A stretch of 64,000 nucleotides of DNA from Nemertoderma westbladi (taxonomy: Eukaryota > Animalia > Xenacoelomorpha): NCBI GenBank assembly GCA_032718475.1, contig JAUCBJ010007585.1, forward strand, positions 31,265-95,264, in the 5' to 3' direction. This document shows positions 23,915 to 33,904 of this stretch, piece by piece. Position 1 is the stretch's first letter. Each line of letters opens with the position of its first letter. The notes beneath the pieces were generated by a model, which had not been told where the DNA came from, made no database searches, and saw only the letters and a list, made by a program, of their open reading frames with translations. A program made the position numbers and the translations under genes.

Positions 23915-26842
23915 TTGGCTGCGAGGCAAAATGAGGTATCAAATGATGGTGTAGGATTGAATGATCAGTTTTTAAGAATGAAAATGATGTATTGGGGCTT
24001 CGATATGAATAATTGTATATCTAAATTACAAGAGATCGAATATAAATTAACACTGTTCAACAAAAATTATACAACCTTGCTAACGTGTATTGTAGAACAA
24101 ATCAATTCACTGTGGATCGCCGACATGACTAGGGAGGCAAAACTGAATAAATTACATAAAACAATGGAGATGATGTTAAAAAATCAAATTGATACATTAC
24201 AGGAACATATTAATTGTTACCTTTTTTACACTTTTCTACCCAGTGAGCAGATAAACCGCTTACAAAGTTTATATGACCTAGGCAGTAAACTCGACAAATA
24301 CATCGAAATATGGATAAGTGAAATTTTAGAGGAAGGGGCTGGTCTATACAGTTTTGATGGAAAATCTTTTATTTTACCTGTAAACAGTCAATCATCCGTC
24401 GTCCAACATGAGCTAGACACGAGCATTATGCAAGTAGAAGGACCAGCAGGCAGACCCCCCTATACCATTACACCAGCCACAAACATTCCATATATGTTCC
24501 AGGAAGAACATCAAACCCCCCAGTGCCACTCCATTCCATATGATATGATCCTTATGCAAACACCAGAAATGCACCAAACTCATTATATGCAACCGGGATC
24601 GCTTCAAACTCAACATGTGCAACCGGGACTGGAACAAAGTCAACCATTCCACCAGCCACCATTATTTCAAGGCACTAAACAACCAGGACCATCTCAAAGG
24701 GACTATATGCAACTGGAATTTCTTCAAACTCAACATATGCAAGCGGTAGTGGAACAAAGTCCAACATTCAAACAGCTACCATTAATCCCTGGCACTAAAC
24801 AACCTAGACCATCTCAAAGGGACCATATGCATCTGGAATTTCTTCAAACTCAACATATGCAAAAGGGAGTGGAACTAAGACCAACATTCCACCAGCTACC
24901 ATTAATCCCTGGCACTAAACAACCTGGACCATCTCAAAGGGACCATATGCAACTGGAATTTCTTCAAACTCAACATATGCAAGCGGTAGTGGAACAAAGT
25001 CCAACATTCAAACAGCTACCATTAATCCCTGGCACTAAACAACCTAGACCATCTCAAAGGGACCATATGCATCTGGAATTTCTTCAAACTCAACATATGC
25101 AACAGGGAGTGGAACAAAGTCCAACATTCCACCAGCCACCATTATTTCAAGGTACTAAACAACCTGGACCATCTCAAAGGGACCATATGCAACTGGAATT
25201 TCTTCAAACTCAACATATGCAACCGGGGGCAGTACAAAGTCAAACATTCCACCAGCCACCATTATTTCAAGGTACTAAACAACCTGGACCATCTCAAAGG
25301 GACCATATGCAACTGGAATTTCTTCAAACTCAACATATGCAACCGGGGGCGGTACAAAGTCAAACATTCCACCAGCCACCATTATTTCAAGGTACTAAAC
25401 AACCTGGACCATCTCAAAGGGACCATATGCCACTGGAATTTCTTCAAACTCAACATAAGCAACCGGTAGTGGAACAAAGTCCAACATTCCACCAACTACC
25501 TTTAATCCACAGTACTATGCAACCTGGACATGATATTCATAAATTGTCTGAAAAGTTTTCCAACAGTTTGTTATTAACTCCTCGGGAAGATCTTGGAAAT
25601 GCAAGACTAAAGCATACACAGGTTGACCGTAACGTACAGCAATTAGCAACTACATTGGAAGAGGGGTGCATTTTGAAAGAGGACGAAACATACTCTGGTC
25701 GGTGTGTAGATGTTAGACAAAATTTGGGGTTTATAGAAACTACAAATCTGAGTAAAACAATTGTACGTTGTCATACATCAAATCTCCATAGCAATGGATA
25801 CCGGCTGATTTTGAAGTTGGGGGATGATGTTATTTTTCAGTGCAAACCTAAATTGGATAGAAATATACCGTATATAGCTGCTACATGGGTTAGTGTTCAA
25901 GGAAAGGATGCATGTTGCTCAGGACGAATCTATGATAAACCTTTCCTAGAGGAGGACACAACTTATGAAGGTTTTTGTATATTCTATTCTGAAATAAATA
26001 GATATGGGTATATAACTCCAATAGATGAAAACAAAAAAGAACTTTGTGACTGCCACACTATATACTTTATACAAAGTAAAATCCACATTAATAAGTATCG
26101 TTGGATGAGGAATATAGAAGGCACCCATTTTCTATTCCAGTTTAAATATAATACAAATGGAAAAAGATGTGCCACCTGTGTTACATTAGCTACTGATACC
26201 TCATGTGAGGTAGCTCGAAATATTAACATGTATCAAAATAATGCTGCAGAAAATCATGTCCAAGGGACTGTGAATGATGACATCCTAAAGGAAGGTAAAA
26301 CATACACCGGGCGAGTGCAATTAGTAGGTAGTGATACTTACTGGTTTACTATACCGGAAATAAATGGGGTGGAACTTTGTGAATGTTTTTCTATGTTTAC
26401 TGGACGTGGAAACATACATATTAATGGGCATCGAATGACACTGGAGAACAATAAACCTGTTAAATTTTTGTTCAACACTAAATATCGAAACAAAGCCTCA
26501 ATAGTTACAGTGTCAGGGGACTTTAATTGTAGGGCTGCGCAGTTTGTCAATAAAGGCAGTGGTGAGGTTGCTAATACCTCATTGGATGTTACAAAAACAT
26601 ATAATGGTCTATTTTATCATCATTATAATGAATACTATCCAGAATATTATGGAATTATAATACCGATAATTGTTGAGGATGAATTATTGTGTTCTTGTTA
26701 CAACATATATGTTCATTGCAAAAATACCAAACTTTATAATGAGCTAGTAGAGGTGGACAATGAAAAGCATCCCGTTAACTTTCAGTTTCAATATGAAGAA
26801 GCGGGAAATGAAGGGGTTGCAACATGGATGAAATTTATTTGA
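23915..26842 (+). CDS. Intronless ORF: helical N-terminus, ~8x 40-aa Q/P/H-rich repeat, four divergent cold-shock-domain-like units; putative RNA-binding protein
   Basis: 2.9-kb open frame. Starts at TTG where the paralog has ATG; first in-frame ATG at 23978. Four C-terminal units begin TYxG and two carry GFI/GYI. AATAAA lies ~25 nt after the stop. Confidence 0.75.
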   Translation: MAARQNEVSNDGVGLNDQFLRMKMMYWGFDMNNCISKLQEIEYKLTLFNKNYTTLLTCIVEQINSLWIADMTREAKLNKLHKTMEMMLKNQIDTLQEHINCYLFYTFLPSEQINRLQSLYDLGSKLDKYIEIWISEILEEGAGLYSFDGKSFILPVNSQSSVVQHELDTSIMQVEGPAGRPPYTITPATNIPYMFQEEHQTPQCHSIPYDMILMQTPEMHQTHYMQPGSLQTQHVQPGLEQSQPFHQPPLFQGTKQPGPSQRDYMQLEFLQTQHMQAVVEQSPTFKQLPLIPGTKQPRPSQRDHMHLEFLQTQHMQKGVELRPTFHQLPLIPGTKQPGPSQRDHMQLEFLQTQHMQAVVEQSPTFKQLPLIPGTKQPRPSQRDHMHLEFLQTQHMQQGVEQSPTFHQPPLFQGTKQPGPSQRDHMQLEFLQTQHMQPGAVQSQTFHQPPLFQGTKQPGPSQRDHMQLEFLQTQHMQPGAVQSQTFHQPPLFQGTKQPGPSQRDHMPLEFLQTQHKQPVVEQSPTFHQLPLIHSTMQPGHDIHKLSEKFSNSLLLTPREDLGNARLKHTQVDRNVQQLATTLEEGCILKEDETYSGRCVDVRQNLGFIETTNLSKTIVRCHTSNLHSNGYRLILKLGDDVIFQCKPKLDRNIPYIAATWVSVQGKDACCSGRIYDKPFLEEDTTYEGFCIFYSEINRYGYITPIDENKKELCDCHTIYFIQSKIHINKYRWMRNIEGTHFLFQFKYNTNGKRCATCVTLATDTSCEVARNINMYQNNAAENHVQGTVNDDILKEGKTYTGRVQLVGSDTYWFTIPEINGVELCECFSMFTGRGNIHINGHRMTLENNKPVKFLFNTKYRNKASIVTVSGDFNCRAAQFVNKGSGEVANTSLDVTKTYNGLFYHHYNEYYPEYYGIIIPIIVEDELLCSCYNIYVHCKNTKLYNELVEVDNEKHPVNFQFQYEEAGNEGVATWMKFI
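24580..25530 (+). repeat. ~8 copies of a 120-bp (40-aa) coding tandem repeat
   Basis: Anchors at 24602, 24722 ... 25442; unit LQTQHMQPGAVQSQTFHQPPLFQGTKQPGPSQRDHMQLEF. Confidence 0.95.
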
Positions 26843-26982
26843 TTAGATAATGATGTAACATTATGTAATAATAAATTCGGTAGTTTTTTACATCATCAAC
26901 ATTTTCATTACAATTATTTAATTATTAAGTATTAAGTAATAATTATTAAGTAATTTAATAATATTTAATTTTTTGGGATATT

Positions 26983-28866
26983 TTATTCCTTGCTCCTTTC
27001 CTGGTGAGTAAGCCTCCCGCAGTAATCGCAGCCGAGTACCAACGTGTCCCGCCCCAAGTCGTCCTTCGCCCCAAGCGATCTCCTCGGTCTATAGAGTCGC
27101 TGGTAAGCAAACTTCTGGATGTTAACGTCCCTGTCCATGTCTATCTCCTCGTCTCGCCCGGGCATTGTCTCCCTGAATACTACCCGTGGTGCCATTCCCG
27201 GTTGCTCGCCCAACCTGATGGTGCTCCCCGCGAAATCCATCGCTGGCTCCTCATGCACCCAGGCCCGCTTGCCGGGTCTATCCCAGAAGGCCCTCGCCCC
27301 GCTGGCCATCACCACTCTCCCGCCAACCCAGTCCGTGTCTGAGTGGCCGATTCTCCGGATGGGCGGCATCTCTCCGAACTCATCGTCATCCTCGTCCTCC
27401 TCTGGGAGTGGCTCCAAACCAGGTATCCCGGTGGATCCACTGTGTCCCTTCCCACCTTGGCCCTCGCCCGTGACCCTCCATCCTACCAGTTCCCCTGGCC
27501 TTCTCTTCGCGAAATCGCCCTCTGCGCCCGCTGGTATGGGCATCTCCTGCAATCCCGATGTTGACTGTTTCGGTGATCCTTCCGTCCACCCCAATTCTCG
27601 CCCTAGAGACTCGCCCGAGCTCCCTGATGTCCAGTGTAAATCGTCCAAGGCCGCCTGGGCCTCAAACCCATAGCCCTCTCCTCTAGCCTCCGCCTCTCTT
27701 TCGTCTGCCTCCCTCCTTTCTCGTCTAGCTATTTCTTCCAATCGCTTCGCCTCTTGTCTATCCGCCTCTAGCTGCTCCCACCTATGATATGGTGTATCCA
27801 CCTCCCTGTCTACTAGATATCGGCAGTTGTAGTATACCGACTCGCCCTTCAGCCCCGGGTGGTCGACCAGACCCTCGAAAGCCACTTTGAAGGCTCTTCT
27901 GTAGTTCAGGGGTGATCCCGATAGCAGAAATGCCGTTGGCTCTCTTTCGATAACCACGGCCATGAATAGGTTTAATAAACCTATCATTATCCAGTCCTCC
28001 TGCAGGATATATCGCTTCTGATATATCTTTATTGCTCCTCTCCAGAATTGATACACCTCTTGTTTCCCCGGCCTCGCTCCCCACTTCAGCGAGTTCGCCA
28101 ACTCCGCTCCGTACTCCTCCCTGAATTTACCCCAGTCCATTGGCTTGTGGCATACGAGCCCCATTAGCTGACCCATCGCCACCGCTCCACAATGGCCCGT
28201 GTTCTCTACTAGTCCCAACCTGGCTGGCCCCATCATAGCCATATAGACCGTTTGCATGTCCAGGAGGTTGGGGGTCTCCGGACCGATGATCCTCTCCGCA
28301 TCGTTGCGGATCGCCAATCCCACCTTTATCGTCGACTTCTCTCTTACTACGTTCTGCACTGCCCTTGGCAACTGGTTTAACTTCGGCCCATTCTTCTTCC
28401 CATACATTCCCAGATCGAACAGGAAGATGTCACCATTTGGCGCGGCCAAATGCAGAAGTATGGTTCTGGCCGACCCTCTTCTCGAACCCTCCTCATCTTC
28501 CACGGTCCCCTCGTCGTCCAGGACCATGTATCCTCCCCTGCTGATGGACTCTACGAACCTCTTCCAGTCCTTTTTCGGTGGTTCCCTCGGATACTTCGGT
28601 ATCCCGAACTTCGCCTCGTCTCCCTTTACCACATAGTGGAAATGCTCGAAGATCACGTTGTTTAGCGATGGCGTCCCGTAGGTCCCGACCAGCCGCCTCT
28701 CGTGCACCTCCCTGAAATGGTCCTGTAGTGCTCACTCTTTGTGACCCTTCTCCAACCGCTCGTAGTATCCCCTCGTCTTCTCCTCCGGATGCCTCTCGGT
28801 GAAGTCTACTAGTATTTATTTTCCTCCCATCTCCGCCTTTCTCTTTCTAACAAGTTTCTCCGCCAT
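26983..28866 (-). CDS. Extra BEL/Pao ORF with DEDDy/WRN-like 3'-5' exonuclease domain and acidic Gly-rich tail; two early in-frame stops, 3' truncated
   Basis: ExoI VLDDEG, LLHLA...FLFDL...LP, ExoII KVGLAIRNDAERI, LLDM, ExoIII-like WRGAIKIYQKRYILQED. ATG at 28866 is in frame with the 574-codon open stretch 26983..28707. Confidence 0.8.
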
Positions 28867-29269
28867 TTCGAACGCTCCCGATCGCTCACCTATAAGGTGG
28901 TACCTTACCAAGGCTCAATATAAGTGAGTGATGTAGTTAGGATGGTCTGTTTGGTCCGATAATGGCCTATCTCTCTCTGAACGCTAGGTTATTGCCGAAT
29001 TTTCTTATTTTACTCCCTAAAAGTACCAAATTTCCTAAATTCCCTAATTTTGTCAGTTACTTTTATTATATTCTAGAATATTTTATCTACTGTTACTATA
29101 ATTTGTTGAATTTTGATTTTTTATATTCTGCAACTGTGCTATTAATATTTATAACGGATTATTTATTTTGATAATCCCTATTCTGACCTATTCTACGGGC
29201 TGTGCAGTACAGTAGTATGTCCCGTGCGGCCTACACGATCTGTCCTGGTGTACCCACGTGCCCCCCTCT

Positions 29270-29850
29270 AGCTCCTCACTACTAACTCTACTAATTCTCT
29301 TACTCTACTAACTCTTACTAACATTCTAACTAACTTCTACTAACTCTTAATAACACACTAACTAACTCCTACTAACGGTACTATGTACCCTCCTACTACT
29401 AACCAACTCCACTAGCGGTACTGCACGTACCCTCTTACTACTAACTAACCCCCCTAATGGTACTATGTACCCTCTTACTACTAACTAACTCCACTAACGG
29501 TACTGCACGTACCCTCTTACTACTAACTAACTCCCATAATGGTACTATGTACCCTCTTACTAATAACTAACTCCTCTAACGGTACTACACGTACCCTCTT
29601 ACTACTAACTAACACCTCTACTAACGGTACTACACGTACCCTCTTACCAACTCTTCTACTAACAGTACTAAGTATCCTCTTACTACTAACTCTCTAACTA
29701 ATGGTACTACATACCCTCTTACTACTCTTACTAACTCTCTAACTAACGGTACTACGTACCCTCTTACTACTCTTACTAACTCTCTAACTAACTTCTATCT
29801 GCCTACTTACTTACTACGTACTTACTATATACTATTACTTTCCTTTCTCT
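29270..29850. repeat. Degenerate TACTAAC-rich tandem array in the BEL/Pao spacer
   Basis: Recurring ~39-41-bp unit CTCTTACTACTAACTAACTCCACTAACGGTACTGCACGTACC; strongly G-poor on the plus strand. Confidence 0.85.
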
Positions 29851-29974
29851 TACTCTCTTTCTATTATTTTATTATTTTACTATTTTTTATATTTTTATAT
29901 TTTGTGTGGGAAGGGCGTCTCGCCCTCAATCCCACCCCCCCCCCCCCCCAGTCCTACACTTGGACGACTAAACT

Positions 29975-32900
29975 CTATGGTGTCCCTTTTAGCAGGCAAC
30001 ATTTACCTACAGCCCTCCTGTAGGTCTTCCTGTCTTTCGCTCCTATCTTACCCCCTATTCGCACTTCCACCGATCGGACTCTTCCGTCCTCGTCGGAGTA
30101 AGTATCCACTACCCTTGCTAGCCTCCATTGATTGTTGATGATGGTGTCATCCGCGACGATCACCAAATCACCCTTCTTTAACTCTCTAGTGGTATTTCTC
30201 CACTTGCTCCTCCTATGTAGTGTAGGTAGGTATTCCTCGACCCACCTCCTCCAGTACTCTGCGCTTATCGCCTGAGCGACTTTCCAACTCTGTCGGGAGT
30301 GTATGTCATCTGGGTCTACACCCCGCATGTCAATGGTCGCCGGCCTCTCCATTAGAAAGTGACTGGGTGTCAGCACATCTAGTGATTCTGGGTCGTCATT
30401 TTCTGGGTATAGCGGTCTGCTATTAATGATACTCTCGCACTTAGCTAGCATCGTCCTTAGTACATCTTCTGTCACCATGTGGGTGTTCATCAACTTCGTT
30501 ATCAGACGCTTGGAACTACCCACGAGTCTCTCGACGCATCCTAAAGTATGCAGAGCATACGGCGTCCTCCTCTCCCACTTCACCTGTTGAGGATGTCCAA
30601 GGCCTCCGCCAGCGCGTTCTCCGCGCCCACAAAGTTGGTTCCATTATCGGAGTAGATCACTGCAATCGTCCCACCTTTTCGGTCTCTGAATCTCTCTAGG
30701 GCATTGATAAATGCCGATGCGCTATTCCTACCGCCCGCGTGTTGTTACATACGAAGATGATGCTGTAGTGCTTCTCCGTGTGCCGCATCACCCTGATCGT
30801 TATCGGCCCGAACATATCTACACCGCAGTGTGTGAATGGCGGGTCATGCTGTCTCACCCTACTGGCCGGTAATGGCGCCATCTCCTGTACGGCCCGCTCC
30901 TTCCTCGTCCGTCGGCAGGTCTGGCACTGCCCCACTACCGCCTTCACCTTCTTTCTTAGCTGCGTGATCCAGAAGGTCCTCCGTATCTCCGTGAGGGTCT
31001 GGTTGGTGCCCCCGTGCAATATCAACTTGTGGGAGTCCCAAATGATCTGGTGGACTATCGGCGACCTATTTGGGATGATAATGGGTTTTGGTGGGATGAT
31101 GGGGCTGTTGTTATTTAGCACTGTGGAGTTCATTACTAGGATCCCATCGTCATTTAGTTGTGGCGACAGCGTGATGAGCTCGCAGTCCCGACGAAGATGT
31201 TGTTGTTTACTGACGTGCCCCACTTCGTCGCCGTAGTACCTTTTCTGTTTGTACCGAATCACGGCCTTGGCTGCTCCCTCCAGATCGATGTTGGGTTTCC
31301 TCTTGGCGTCCTTGCCAATTCCCTTGAGGAAATCCCCGAAGGCTCTCCAGTACGCTACCAACTTCTTGGTCTTGTACCAACTTGAGCTGTAGCTGAGGAG
31401 TTTATCCGTTGGGATATCGCATGGTTCTTCTGATTTTGGTTGCACCTCCCTGATCTCCCTCGCCATCTGACTATTTATCTCTTCACCTTCTGAGTCTTCT
31501 CCCTCTTCCTCTGGTGGTACTTCCTCCGAGCCCGGGTCCACCTTCTTCATTGGTGGCCAGGCCATCCTATCGTTCAGGAACTGTGGCCCGTGATGCCACA
31601 ATACTTCATTCTTTAAGAAAGTATGGCGTGCCACGCCCCTCGATAACAAGTCCGCTGGGTTCTCGTCTGTTGGGCAGTAGTGCCACCTTTCCAACTCAGT
31701 CGTTGCCCTTATTTTGTCCACCCTATTTGCGACGAATATAGGGTATCTTGTCTTCTCATTATGTAGCCAACCAAGCACTACCATGGAGTCCGTCCAGTAG
31801 TGTGTTTCCACTATGTTGGGAATAGTGTCCATCAAGTAGGCTGTGGCCCTTACTCCTAATCTTGCAGCTGTCAACTCAAGTTTCGGGACCGATGCTGAAT
31901 CTGGCGGCGTCGACTTTGCTTTGCTGAATGCAAGTCTGGGCTTATGAGCCCCCTCTCGTTGTACTAGGTAGAGTGCCGCTCCGTATGCTTCCAATGACGC
32001 ATCGGAGAACATGTGTAGATCCAGATCCGTCATGTCCCCATCCGGGAAATACACGCGTGGCATGCTGTACATCCCCATCTGTTCTAAACTCTCCATCCAC
32101 TTACTCCACTACGTGCTGATTTCTTCCGGGACCTCTGTATCCCACTCGTCCTTTAGCTTATATACTTTCTTAAGTATCTGTTTCCCCGTAACTAATAGTG
32201 GGGATGCTAGGCCTAGGGGATCGTATATCCTTGCTATGTACAATACATAGCCCCTCTTTGTGTGGATGTCCGCGCCCTCCTGGCTCAGCTGATACTTGAA
32301 CTCGTCTGTCTCCCGGTTCCACACGATCCCCTGTGCCTTCTGCTGAGACTCTACTCTTTTGTTCGCCATGTCCTGTCCCTTGGTGTTGTGGGTTATCCAT
32401 GGTCGACTCTGGCCTCCTCTCCTCTATGGCTTTCATAAACTCCTCTGAGCTGGATTGGAACTTGGTCAGGTTAAACCCGGATCCCTTCAGGATGTCGCGA
32501 ACCTCGCGCCCTGTATCCAGTAGTTCTTTAACCGTGTTTCCAGACTCCTTTCCGTCGTCTACATAGAAGCCGCGTCGAATCATATCGACGGCTTTGGCGC
32601 TATACTTCTCCTCTTTCCCCTCTACTGTATCCCTTACAGCCACAGTCATCGTAAATGAGGACGACTTGGCCCCCATATTCTGCACCACCATCTTGTACAT
32701 CGGTATTGTCGACGGTTCCTCGTCGCCGTTGTACCATAGGAAGCGCTGGCTGTCACTATCCTCCTCCGTCACACGGACTTGGTTAAACATGCCTTCAATG
32801 TCGCAGGTGAAGGCGTGCCTCCCGTTTCTGAATCTCAGTAGGACCTCGATTCCCGAGTTATAGATATTGGGGCCTTCTAGCAGATAGTCGTTTAGGCACT

Positions 32901-33904
32901 TGCCGTTGGTTTTAGCCGATGCGTCAACTACCATCCGCAATTTACCTTTCTTTGGATCTAGAGCCACGTGAAGTGGCAGGTAGTAGGTCCTGTCCGTGTT
33001 CGGTTCGTCGACCGGTAACTCCACGGCCCATCCTTTCTCGACATACTTCCTTATCGTCTTATGAATGTACTCATCCTTCTCGGGGCTCCGCTTCAGCGTT
33101 TGCTTCAGTTTACGAAGCCTCGTGAGTACCATTCCCTTGTTATCCGGTAGCGGTAATTTTGGTTGTTTCCACACCATCCCTATGGTGTACCGCCCCTCGT
33201 CGCATCTCATCGACTCCTTCACACTTTGCATCGCTTGTTTATCTTCTACCGAGGTTCCGACCCCGGTCTCTTTTAGTCCCTCAAAGTCCTGTCTGAGTAG
33301 TCTCCTGAGCTGCTCCTCCGCTCCTTCATCTTCCATCTCCCTCATAGTTCCCGCGAACATGCACCCTGATGTCTCCGACATCCTAAACGGAATCTTGGTT
33401 CTTAATTGGGCCGCTTAGCGTCCACCCGAATGGTGTTAAAATTGCCATCGGGTCACGCTGTCTGTCTTCGCCGAAGACCGTCTGCATTCTCTCGTGGGCC
33501 GTCGGGCAGTCCATTCCCACTATAATGGATACCTTCCTAACGTCCACCTCTGGTATCGAGAAATCGATGCTGTCCAGGAATCTGTATTGTTCGACCTCGA
33601 TGTTGGTTGGTCGCCTGGCGTTGATATTTATCGATTCTATCACCTGGATGGGGTCGATGGTCGCCCCATAATCGCATCCCGGTGCTATCGCTGCTATCCC
33701 GCACCGTCCCGTCCTCATCTCCAGGACCTCATCTTTGCTGGAGATGGTTGTTACCGCCATCCTACTTGGCCTCGTCTTTAGTCCTATCTCTTCGGCCACC
33801 CAATTCTCGACCAATGTGAAGGCTGCTCCACTGTCGACCAGCATCAGCGTGGTTACTGATCGACCGCCTTCTCCGATCACCCTCACTGGTACTACCCCGC
33901 CCAA
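29975..33904 (-). pseudogene. pol: BEL/Pao pol copy 1 (frameshifted)
   Basis: ORF pieces 33383..33904 (PR), 32170..33381 (RT), 32109..32369, 30696..32096 (RH, IN N-terminus), 29975..30583 (IN C-terminus). Confidence 0.92.

Noticed and set aside
27004-28665. Plus-strand ORFs overlapping the exonuclease ORF, and similar antisense ORFs over BEL and Gypsy coding regions
   Set aside because: Antisense shadows of GC-rich coding sequence with no recognisable motifs.
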